DNA from: an uncultured bacterium
GTDB lineage: Bacteria > Verrucomicrobiota > Verrucomicrobiia > Verrucomicrobiales > DEV007
Assembly (NCBI GenBank): GCA_963977015.1
Contig: CAXBMO010000030.1
Coordinates: 16,387 to 80,386, forward strand
Direction of reading: 5' to 3'
DNA length: 64,000 nt
The notes under the pieces were generated by a model, which ran no database searches, had not been told where the DNA came from, and saw only the letters and a list, made by a program, of their open reading frames with translations. Below, one piece after another: positions 47,465 through 55,559 of the stretch; within the stretch, counting starts at the first letter, position 1; each line of letters opens with the position of its first letter. The position numbers and the translations under genes were made by a program.

Positions 47465-47620
47465 GGCGTCTTGATTAGGGTGGATTCCCGCTTTGGCAAG
47501 CCAAAAGCCCGACAGGGGCCGGTCCGGGGCCAGAAATTGAGGGAGCGGAGGAAGTTTGTTGAGGAATTTGCGCTCTGTGGCGTCGAATGAATCCAAATCA
47601 AAAGCTCCTGCGTCCTCGCA

Positions 47621-47648
47621 TTGACATTAAATGTCTCTTCCCTACACT
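47621..47648 (+). promoter_or_regulatory. Sigma70 promoter of the protease operon
   Basis: TTGACA, 16-nt spacer, TACACT. Confidence 0.65.
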
Positions 47649-47682
47649 TGAGCCCGTTCTGTGACCAAAGATTCACCTTTTT

Positions 47683-49371
47683 ATGCACTTGCCTGATACT
47701 TCGCGAACCTGGCTGGGGTTCCTTTTCACTCTCTTACTGCTGAATGCTGTTGTTGGGCAGGATGCCGTCGACCCCGCAGCGCCTTCTGAGGCAGAACCTG
47801 CGGAGGCGACAACCGACTCTCCGCCGCCAGCAACGTCCGACGTCCCGCCGCCGGCAACCGATCCCGCACCGGAGCCCCCTTCATTGCCTCCGGCGCTCGC
47901 GCCCAAGCCGCCGGGGCAATCTCTCCCCGCAGTCGGCCCTCGCATTGCAGCCAAACCCCAGCAGCCTCCCTTTGCTGCGATCGTCCGTGTCGAGAACCAA
48001 TCCTGGAACCCGAACTACCAAACCCCGTGGAATGCCGGTGGAACCGGTGGCGGCTCCGGAACCGGGTTTCTGGTTGGGCCGAACCAATTCCTCACCAACG
48101 CTCACGTCGTCAGCAACAGCCGGTTGCTCTACATTAAAAAGGTCGACGACCCGACTCCCTACGAGGCAGAGATTCTCCACATTGCCCACGATTGCGATCT
48201 GGCGTTGCTCCGGGTAAAGGACGATACCGCGTTTCGCGATGTCGAGCCCCTCAGGTTCGGCGGGATTCCACAGCTCAACAGCACCGTTATCGCGGTGGGT
48301 TATCCCATCGGTGGACAGCGCATCTCTGTAACGCGCGGGGTCGTCTCGCGGGTTGACTTCCGTTCCTACGCTCACTCCGGTGTCGACTACCACCTCGCGG
48401 TTCAGGTGGATGCGGCGATCAACCCGGGAAACAGCGGTGGTCCCGTGATTCAGGAAGGGAACGTGGTCGGTGTCGCGTTTCAGGGATACAGCGGGAGCGT
48501 GGCCCAGAACACCGGTTACATGATCCCGGTTCCGGTGATTTTCCGCTTTTTGAGCGACGTGAAGGACGGGGAGTATGATCACTACCCGGATTTGGCGATG
48601 GCGCATTTCAACATCCAGAACCCGGCGCAACGCAAGGCGCTGAATTTGGAAAAGGACGGGCTTGGTGTGATGGTAAGTTCGGCCGATAGCGCGGGTTCAG
48701 CCGGTGGGATTCTGGAAACGGGCGACATCGTCATCGCGATGGACGGGTTTCCAGTGGCAAGTGACGGGTTCGTCTCGATCGGCGGTTCGCGCGTCAACAT
48801 GAACGAGATCGTGGAACGCAAATACGTTGGCGACACGGTCAAGCTGACCGTTTTGCGCGACGGAGAGGAAATGACCTTCGACATCGAGTTGAAGCGCTTC
48901 CTTCCCTATCTGATTCAGGCCAATCAATATGATCAGGAAACGCAGTTCGTAATGTTTGCGGGATTGCTCTTCCAGCCGCTCGATCGCAACCTGATGGCCG
49001 CGCATAAAATCTCCAGCCTTCAAGTGCGCTACCTCTACAACTACTTCAGCGACAAGGAGGTTTACAAAGACAAGCCCCAGGTGGTGGTCCTGACCGACAT
49101 CCTTCGCGATGAGATCAATACGCATCTGGATCGGTTCCAACACAAGGTGGTCGATGAGATCAATGGCACGACGATTCGGACGTTGAAAGATGTTTATACC
49201 GCCCTTTACGAGAATGAACCGGAAGGCGACTTCCACGTCATTCGCCTGATGGGGGAGGGGTTGCCCATTGTGCTTGAGAAATCCAGAATCGAGGCCGCGC
49301 AAGAGCGGGTTCGCAGCAAATACAACGTCACCATGGACTATCGCCTCGGCGAATCCATCATGGGAGAATAA
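47683..49371 (+). CDS. Deg/HtrA-family trypsin-like serine protease with PDZ domains (Deg2-like)
   Basis: Intact triad TNAHVV, DCDLALL, INPGNSGGP; PDZ domains; Pro-rich linker after the signal peptide. Confidence 0.93.
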   Translation: MHLPDTSRTWLGFLFTLLLLNAVVGQDAVDPAAPSEAEPAEATTDSPPPATSDVPPPATDPAPEPPSLPPALAPKPPGQSLPAVGPRIAAKPQQPPFAAIVRVENQSWNPNYQTPWNAGGTGGGSGTGFLVGPNQFLTNAHVVSNSRLLYIKKVDDPTPYEAEILHIAHDCDLALLRVKDDTAFRDVEPLRFGGIPQLNSTVIAVGYPIGGQRISVTRGVVSRVDFRSYAHSGVDYHLAVQVDAAINPGNSGGPVIQEGNVVGVAFQGYSGSVAQNTGYMIPVPVIFRFLSDVKDGEYDHYPDLAMAHFNIQNPAQRKALNLEKDGLGVMVSSADSAGSAGGILETGDIVIAMDGFPVASDGFVSIGGSRVNMNEIVERKYVGDTVKLTVLRDGEEMTFDIELKRFLPYLIQANQYDQETQFVMFAGLLFQPLDRNLMAAHKISSLQVRYLYNYFSDKEVYKDKPQVVVLTDILRDEINTHLDRFQHKVVDEINGTTIRTLKDVYTALYENEPEGDFHVIRLMGEGLPIVLEKSRIEAAQERVRSKYNVTMDYRLGESIMGE

Positions 49372-49374
49372 CCA

Positions 49375-50919
49375 ATGCGCCCACTCACAATGAATCGTTT
49401 CTTTCTTTCCACGCTGGCCTTGATTGCTTTGAGCGCCGGACTGTCGTCCTGCCTCGAAAACGGGCTTTCCGTCGGCACGACGGGCGAAGCCGCAAAACCT
49501 CCCGCGGATCAACCCACCGCGGGAACGTCCGTGGTTCGCGTCAACGCGACCGATCAGGGCTACAACTTCATTCGGCCCTGGGAAAAGATGGGACCAGTCA
49601 CCCGGAAGGGGTTGGGTGCCGTCCTGCCCAACAACCAGGTTTTGGTGACCGCGGAGCTCGTCGCGGACAACACTTACATTGAATTGGAGAAAGCGGATAG
49701 CGGCGAAAAGACTCCGGCCAAAGTGATCGGGGTCGATTACGAGGTGAACCTGGCCTTGGTCGCTCCGAACGATCCGGAGTCCACGTTTCTCGACGACATG
49801 AAGCCGTTGGAACTGGATTTGAGCGTTGAAGCAGGGGACGAACTGGAGGTCTGGCAACTGGAAGACAACGGAACGCCGGCGTCCACCACGGGAACGGTGA
49901 TCAAAGTTTCGATCGGTCGCTATTTCGTGGATGGTTCCTACTTTCTGAACTACCTGCTGCGAGGCTCGCTGCAATACCGGGCCGGAAGCTTCACCCTGCC
50001 GGTGGTGAAAGACGGAAACCTGGTGGGGCTGCTTTTGAGCTACAGCTCCAAAGAGCTAACCAGTGACATTATCTCGGCTCCCATCATCAAGCATTTCCTC
50101 AACGACCTCGCCGATGGCGAATACGCCGGGTTCCCGAATCTGGGTATCAGCTATGCGCCCATGCTGGATGAGCAGCTTCGCAAATACATGAAGCTGAACG
50201 GGCACGAAGGTGGCATTTATGTGCGGCGGGTCGCCAAGGATGGCTCCGCGAAAGCTGCCGGGATGGAAGTTGGCGACGTGCTGCTCGAGGTGAACGGTCA
50301 CCCCATCGATTCCCGCGGAAACTACGATCACCCCAAGTATGGCAAGCTCAATTTCAGTCACCTGGTTCGCGGCGAACCGGAAGTGGGACAGCAGATTCCG
50401 ATCAAGATCCTTCGTGACGGGGAAGTGATGGAGATGGAACTCGCGTTACTCCGGAAGAATCCCGAAGACTATCTGGTGGACCCCTACATGTTTGATCGCG
50501 GCCCGCGTTTCCTCATCATGGGCGGCATCATTTTTCAGGAGCTGACGCTTCCCTACCTCAAGGCGTGGGGAGACAGTTGGGCAACGCGGGCACCGTTCAA
50601 GCTGGTGCACGCGCACGCCCATCAGGACGTTTACGAGGACGAGGGGCGCGAGAAACTGGTGATCCTCAGCGCCGTCATTCTCAGTCCCAGCACCGTCGGT
50701 TATGACAAGCTCAACAACGTCATTGTCACAAACGTGAATGATCAGCCCATCAACTCGATCCGCGATCTGAAAACGGCTTTCGACTCGCCCATCGACGGCA
50801 TCCACAAGATCGAGTTCGACGATTTCCCCAAAGTCATCTACGTCGACGCGAAAGCCGCCGAAGCCAGCAATGAACGCTTCCAGAGCCTTGGCATTTCCCA
50901 GTTGGAACGACTTGATTGA
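49375..50919 (+). CDS. Deg-like PDZ lipoprotein with a degenerate protease domain
   Basis: Paralogous to the upstream gene, but triad positions read VTAELV, YEVNLALV and AGSFTLP; lipobox LSSC. Confidence 0.85.
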   Translation: MRPLTMNRFFLSTLALIALSAGLSSCLENGLSVGTTGEAAKPPADQPTAGTSVVRVNATDQGYNFIRPWEKMGPVTRKGLGAVLPNNQVLVTAELVADNTYIELEKADSGEKTPAKVIGVDYEVNLALVAPNDPESTFLDDMKPLELDLSVEAGDELEVWQLEDNGTPASTTGTVIKVSIGRYFVDGSYFLNYLLRGSLQYRAGSFTLPVVKDGNLVGLLLSYSSKELTSDIISAPIIKHFLNDLADGEYAGFPNLGISYAPMLDEQLRKYMKLNGHEGGIYVRRVAKDGSAKAAGMEVGDVLLEVNGHPIDSRGNYDHPKYGKLNFSHLVRGEPEVGQQIPIKILRDGEVMEMELALLRKNPEDYLVDPYMFDRGPRFLIMGGIIFQELTLPYLKAWGDSWATRAPFKLVHAHAHQDVYEDEGREKLVILSAVILSPSTVGYDKLNNVIVTNVNDQPINSIRDLKTAFDSPIDGIHKIEFDDFPKVIYVDAKAAEASNERFQSLGISQLERLD

Positions 50920-50921
50920 TC

Positions 50922-51590
50922 ATGGATCCCGAGCGCGGCGTAATCTTTGATTGGGACGGAGTCATCATTGACTCCCACGATCAGCATCAACAAGCGTGGT
51001 TTCGTCTGGCTGACGAGATGGGGAAGCCCATGACCCCGGAACTCTTTGATCAGAGCTTCGGCATGCGCAACGAGTCCTGCATCCCGGAAGTCTTCCAGTG
51101 GGCGGAACAAGGCGACCACGCCCGCATCCGGGAGATCGGTGATCGCAAGGAAGAGCTCTATCGTGAAGTGCTTCGCGAAACGGGAATCGAGCCCCTGCCC
51201 GGAGTTGTCAAGCTCCTGGAGGAACTGCGCGAAAACCGTATTCCCGCCGCGGTTGGTTCCTCCACCTCGCGCCTCAACATCCTAACCGTCATGGAGGTCG
51301 CCAACCTGGCTCCGCTCTTCGTCGCCATCTCCGCGGCGGAGGACGTGGATCAGGGCAAACCGGCGCCGGATGTCTTCCTCAAAGCAGCGGAGAAAATGCT
51401 GCGCGAGCCGGAGCACTGTGTCGTGTTTGAAGACGCGTTTGTCGGGCTCCAAGCCGCCAAAGCCGCGGGCATGAAACGCATTGCCGTCGCCACCACGCAT
51501 CCGCTCGAAGCCCTGACCGACTCTGATTTGGCCGTTCGCAGTCTCGAAGACGTGAACCTGGCAACGATTGATTCCCTTTTTGCGGGTTAG
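50922..51590 (+). CDS. HAD-family phosphatase (beta-phosphoglucomutase-like)
   Basis: IFDWDGVIIDS, GSS, GKPAPDVF, VFEDA. Confidence 0.92.
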   Translation: MDPERGVIFDWDGVIIDSHDQHQQAWFRLADEMGKPMTPELFDQSFGMRNESCIPEVFQWAEQGDHARIREIGDRKEELYREVLRETGIEPLPGVVKLLEELRENRIPAAVGSSTSRLNILTVMEVANLAPLFVAISAAEDVDQGKPAPDVFLKAAEKMLREPEHCVVFEDAFVGLQAAKAAGMKRIAVATTHPLEALTDSDLAVRSLEDVNLATIDSLFAG

Positions 51591-51626
51591 TAGCGGGATT
51601 CGCCAGAATTCCGAACCGAATCGCGA
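51590..51626 (+). repeat. Single GTAG-type REP copy
   Basis: GTAGCGGGATTCGCCAGAATTCCGAACC matches the arms of the 53377-53448 element. Confidence 0.75.
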
Positions 51627-51651
51627 TGCGACGATCCTGTCGGGATTGACG

Positions 51652-52179
51652 TCAATCCAACCGCTTCACCACCGCCTCCATTTGCTTGCGATGGATTTGC
51701 AGATGGAAGCCGAACATGCAATGCCAGCGATGGGGATCGAAGGGACCGAAGATCGGGTGCTTGGAGGTGAGGCTGCTCTTGAGGCTGGTCTCCAGCTCGA
51801 TGTGGGCCAGGTGCTCGCCGATGGATTTGCTGAACTCGTCGATGATCGCGAGCGCCGGCTGCTCGGAAGGCAGCACATCATTCTTGGGATCGAAGTCGTC
51901 GGAATCCAGCGTGTTTCCTTGCAGCAATGCCCGGATGGTCTCGGTGATGCGACGGTTCACGATGACGTTGTGCTCCAGAATTTGCAGGAGCGACCACTCA
52001 CGCATCTCGGGATCAATGCCGAGCATTGAGGGCACCGCAACGGATTGAGCAGCCTTCTCCGGCGGCACAGATTTTGCGAGGTCGATGGAACGCTGGGCCT
52101 CACGCCGAATCTGAGCCGTCGCCGCGCTCTTCGACGTCAAGGCGAACCTGAGTCGAACCGCTTTGACGATGAGGCTCAT
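51652..52179 (-). CDS. DinB-family protein
   Basis: WSLLQILEH, HPIFG, W...GFHLQIHRKQ. Confidence 0.85.
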   Translation of the reverse strand: MSLIVKAVRLRFALTSKSAATAQIRREAQRSIDLAKSVPPEKAAQSVAVPSMLGIDPEMREWSLLQILEHNVIVNRRITETIRALLQGNTLDSDDFDPKNDVLPSEQPALAIIDEFSKSIGEHLAHIELETSLKSSLTSKHPIFGPFDPHRWHCMFGFHLQIHRKQMEAVVKRLD

Positions 52180-52197
52180 GGTGGGAAGCTTACGCGA

Positions 52198-53313
52198 TCA
52201 CGCGCTGTGACGGAAGTCGACGACATCGCCGTCCTTCATCTCATAGTCTTTCCCTTCAATCCGAACCTTACCGGCTTCGCGTGCGGCCGCCATCGTTCCG
52301 AAGGCGTCGAGATCGACAAAGGAGACGACCTCCGCCTTGATGAAGTGCTTCTCAAAGTCGGTGTGGATCACGCCGGCGGCTTGCGGGGCCGTCGCGCCCA
52401 TCGGGATGGTCCAGGCGCGGGTCTCCTTCTCCCCGGTGGTGAGATAGGTGCGCAGGCCGAGCAGATGATAGACGCCTTTGATCAGGGCGGAAACGCCGCT
52501 GTCTTCCACGCCCATGTCGGTGAGGAACTCCGCTGCTTCGTCCGGCTCCAGGTCGATCATCTCTTCCTCGATCCGGGCGGATATGACGACGGCTTCGGCA
52601 CCGTGGCTCTCCGCCGCATACTTGCGAACCGCTGCCACCATCTCATGACCGTCCGGGTTCTTCTGCGTTTCGCCCAGATCTTCCTCTGCCACGTTGCAGG
52701 CAAAAATGGTCGGTTTGGAGGAAAGCAGGAAGAACTCGCGCATGATCTCCTTCTCCTCCTTGGAGAGATCCAGCGTCAGCGCCATTTTGCCGGAATCGAG
52801 ATGGGGAATGAGCTTGTCCATCACCTCGACTTCGCGCTTGGCCTCCTTGTCGCCGATCTTCGCTTTCTTGGCGCGGTTGGAGTGGCGTTTTTCCAGCGAG
52901 GCGAGATCGGCGAGGATCAGCTCGGCGTTGATGATCTCAATGTCGCGGATCGGATCGACCGAGCCCATTTCATGGATGATGTCGTCGTTGGTAAAGCAGC
53001 GCACCACCTGTACCACGGCGTCGACTTCGCGAATATTGGCGAGGAACTTGTTGCCGAGTCCCTGGCCCTGGCTTGCTCCTTCCACCAGCCCGGCGATGTC
53101 GACAAACTCAATCGCGGTCGGAACGAGTTTTTGCGAGTGGGAAATTTCCGAGAGTCGCGCCAGCCGCTCGTCCGGCACGTTCACCACGCCAACGTTGGGC
53201 TCGATGGTGCAGAACGGAAAGTTCTCCGCAGCCGCTTTCCGGTTCCGGGTGAGCGCGTTAAAAAGGGTCGATTTGCCCACGTTTGGCAGGCCAACAATTC
53301 CAGCTTGAAGCAT
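52198..53313 (-). CDS. ychF: Redox-regulated ribosome-binding ATPase YchF
   Basis: GIVGLPNVGKSTLFNALT, FPFCTIEPN, DIAGLV, AAGVIHTDF, EGKDY; true start ATG 53313. Confidence 0.97.
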   Translation of the reverse strand: MLQAGIVGLPNVGKSTLFNALTRNRKAAAENFPFCTIEPNVGVVNVPDERLARLSEISHSQKLVPTAIEFVDIAGLVEGASQGQGLGNKFLANIREVDAVVQVVRCFTNDDIIHEMGSVDPIRDIEIINAELILADLASLEKRHSNRAKKAKIGDKEAKREVEVMDKLIPHLDSGKMALTLDLSKEEKEIMREFFLLSSKPTIFACNVAEEDLGETQKNPDGHEMVAAVRKYAAESHGAEAVVISARIEEEMIDLEPDEAAEFLTDMGVEDSGVSALIKGVYHLLGLRTYLTTGEKETRAWTIPMGATAPQAAGVIHTDFEKHFIKAEVVSFVDLDAFGTMAAAREAGKVRIEGKDYEMKDGDVVDFRHSA

Positions 53314-53376
53314 AGCGGGGATGCTAGCGAGAAGGAGGCCCTGCGCACGCGAAAAGTTTGGGGAGTGCGCTCCTCC

Positions 53377-53448
53377 GTAGCGGAATTTGCCAGAAATTCC
53401 GCCTCGGAACCTCGCGGATTGGTTCGGAATTCTGGCGAATTCCGCTAC
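53377..53448. repeat. Inverted REP doublet (GTAG type)
   Basis: GTAGCGGAATTTGCCAGAAATTCCG...CGGAATTCTGGCGAATTCCGCTAC. Confidence 0.85.
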
Positions 53449-53470
53449 TTGCCGGGCTTGAGACGGTTCC

Positions 53471-54517
53471 CTACTTTCGCTCGATGGGGATCTCCATGAG
53501 CTTGTCGAAGGATTGGGTGAATTCCCGGATGCTGAAGGTCCAGATGACGAGTTTTTTGTGGTCCCAATATCCCGGTTTGCCCGCGGCATGGCGGTAGAGT
53601 TGGACGCGGGCGGCTTTCATGCCGGAACCGCGAACGCCGACCTGGTCGATCGCCAGTCCGCAGTCGACCTGGAGGTTGTCGAGCAACCCGGCGCCCTTGC
53701 AATGCATCCCGCGGGAGGAACCCTCCTGAAAGACGAGGGTGTGGCTGTCGCCCAAGAGGAGAATGGGGCTTTGGTCGCTGGGCGGGACGGGGGCAAGTTT
53801 GCCGCCCTGGTTGGTGCCGCAGTATTGGACGTCGAGCACCTCGGTGAACTTGCTGCGCTGGTCTTCCGGAACCTGATCGCCGATGATGATGAGGTCTTTC
53901 CCTTCGCTGCGGAGAAAGCCGGACTCCGGTTGGGGCGTGAACCAGTCCGCGTCCTGATAGCGTTGGGCGATGAGTTTGGAAATGACGGCGCAGGCGTGGG
54001 GCGTGAAGTGGGCATCCTGCTCGCAATGCATCTTGTTGCCGGCGGCGCGTTCCGCTTTGAAGACGGGTTCGAGATCGAGACAGGTGAGCCCGGCGCTGGT
54101 GAGTTGATCGAGAAAGGGCTTGGCAGGGTAGGGTGCGTCGACGCCGAATTTGGAGCTGACCTTGTCCGGGTGGATCGAGGTCTTGGCGGGAATGGGAACG
54201 ACGAGCAGCTCGATGCCCCGGGCCTGGAGCAGATCCTGAAACTGGACCATGAAGGGAACGGGATCCTGCTTGTTGATGGCGACCTCGGCCCAGTCCCTGG
54301 TCCAGAACTGGCCGGTTCCGGCGTGGAGAAGTTCGCTGGTCAGGAAGAACCAGTCGCGATCTTCGCCCTGGGTGCTGGGTTTTCCGGCTTCGCGGGATTC
54401 CAGTCCCAGTTTTTGGCAGTGAGCGGCGAAGTCCTCCGCGGGATCAGCGGTGGAGAAGGCAGGGAGAAGCGTGAGCAGCGCCAAGAGGCCGGAGCTGAGT
54501 CGTGAAGCGTGATTCAT
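53471..54517 (-). CDS. AlgX/AlgJ-like SGNH polysaccharide O-acetyltransferase
   Basis: Signal peptide; GEDRDWFF, LLVVPIPAK, DAHFTP, LLLGDSH, LVIWTFSIRE. Confidence 0.8.
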   Translation of the reverse strand: MNHASRLSSGLLALLTLLPAFSTADPAEDFAAHCQKLGLESREAGKPSTQGEDRDWFFLTSELLHAGTGQFWTRDWAEVAINKQDPVPFMVQFQDLLQARGIELLVVPIPAKTSIHPDKVSSKFGVDAPYPAKPFLDQLTSAGLTCLDLEPVFKAERAAGNKMHCEQDAHFTPHACAVISKLIAQRYQDADWFTPQPESGFLRSEGKDLIIIGDQVPEDQRSKFTEVLDVQYCGTNQGGKLAPVPPSDQSPILLLGDSHTLVFQEGSSRGMHCKGAGLLDNLQVDCGLAIDQVGVRGSGMKAARVQLYRHAAGKPGYWDHKKLVIWTFSIREFTQSFDKLMEIPIERK

Positions 54518-54579
54518 AACGGGAAATTAGGACGGGAAAGGCCGTCCCTCCCGTCAATCGAAGTTCGGCTGAAGATCGT

Positions 54580-55491
54580 CTATGCCAAGCCAAAAACGCG
54601 ATCCATGTTGGCGGAAATTTCCTTGAGTCGAGCGAGGTCGCCGCCACCCACCTCGGCCGCGCACCAGCCCTTGAATTTGATCTCGGTCAGCGCCTTGCGC
54701 ACATCCGTCCAATCGAGGTCACCCTCGCCTATCTTGGTGAATTTGTTCTTCTCGCGGGAGAAACCTTTGACGTCGAGCTTGATGATCCGCTTGTCGAGCG
54801 TGCGAATCCAATCGCCGGTGTTGCCGTACTTCCAATGGTTGCCAATGTCGAACTGCATCCCGACCATGGGGGAGTCGAATGCGTCAATGTAGGCCGCGAG
54901 TCGGTCGGCGGTCTGGGTGGCCGGGCCGTCGTGATCGTAGTGCATGTGGTTCCACACGTTTTCGACCGCAATGGGAACCCCCAATTCTTCGGACAGGGGA
55001 ATGGCCTTCGAGATATTCTCGATGGACCGCGCGTCGACTTCCTCCGTCGTGCCGTCTTTGCCGTGTCCCACGACGAGGAGCACGGTGTCGCCACCAACGG
55101 CCTTGGTTTCGCGAAGCGCACCCATCAGGTACTCCAGCGCCTTGGCCCGGACGGCGGGATCGGGATCGGTGTGACGGACTTGCCAATGCTCCGCGCAAAC
55201 GGAGCCATCGACCGGGAGACCCGATTCGTCGATGGCTTTGCGGACCTCATCAACGTCGCTGCCGGGGCAACTCAACTCAATGGCGCCGAACCCGGCTTCC
55301 TTGGCCGCCTGGAAGCGTTCGGTCAGGGTTTTGCCGGCCTTCGACGTCATCCCGATCTTGAGCGTTTTGAAGAGGACGCCTTTCAGCGGAAAACTGACGG
55401 CCTCCTCCTGGGCTGCCCAAAGTGGGGAAGTGAGGAGAGCGGGGGCGGCCTGAAGCAGGCGACGGCGAGAGAGTGAGCGTGAGGTATTCAT
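54580..55491 (-). CDS. Tat-exported sugar phosphate isomerase/epimerase (TIM barrel)
   Basis: SRRRLL, GFGAIE, AVENVWN, FDIGNH, LDVKGF, GEGDLDW. Confidence 0.9.
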   Translation of the reverse strand: MNTSRSLSRRRLLQAAPALLTSPLWAAQEEAVSFPLKGVLFKTLKIGMTSKAGKTLTERFQAAKEAGFGAIELSCPGSDVDEVRKAIDESGLPVDGSVCAEHWQVRHTDPDPAVRAKALEYLMGALRETKAVGGDTVLLVVGHGKDGTTEEVDARSIENISKAIPLSEELGVPIAVENVWNHMHYDHDGPATQTADRLAAYIDAFDSPMVGMQFDIGNHWKYGNTGDWIRTLDKRIIKLDVKGFSREKNKFTKIGEGDLDWTDVRKALTEIKFKGWCAAEVGGGDLARLKEISANMDRVFGLA

Positions 55492-55559
55492 CAAAGCTAG
55501 AGGTTTGTCGTAGCCTGAACCATCCGCTGTGGGCCGTCAACGCCAAGCTCGATGGCAAC

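Noticed and set aside
53314-53589. N-terminal extension of YchF in the ORF track
   Set aside because: Runs through a REP doublet and the upstream gene; homology and the -10 box indicate a start at 53313
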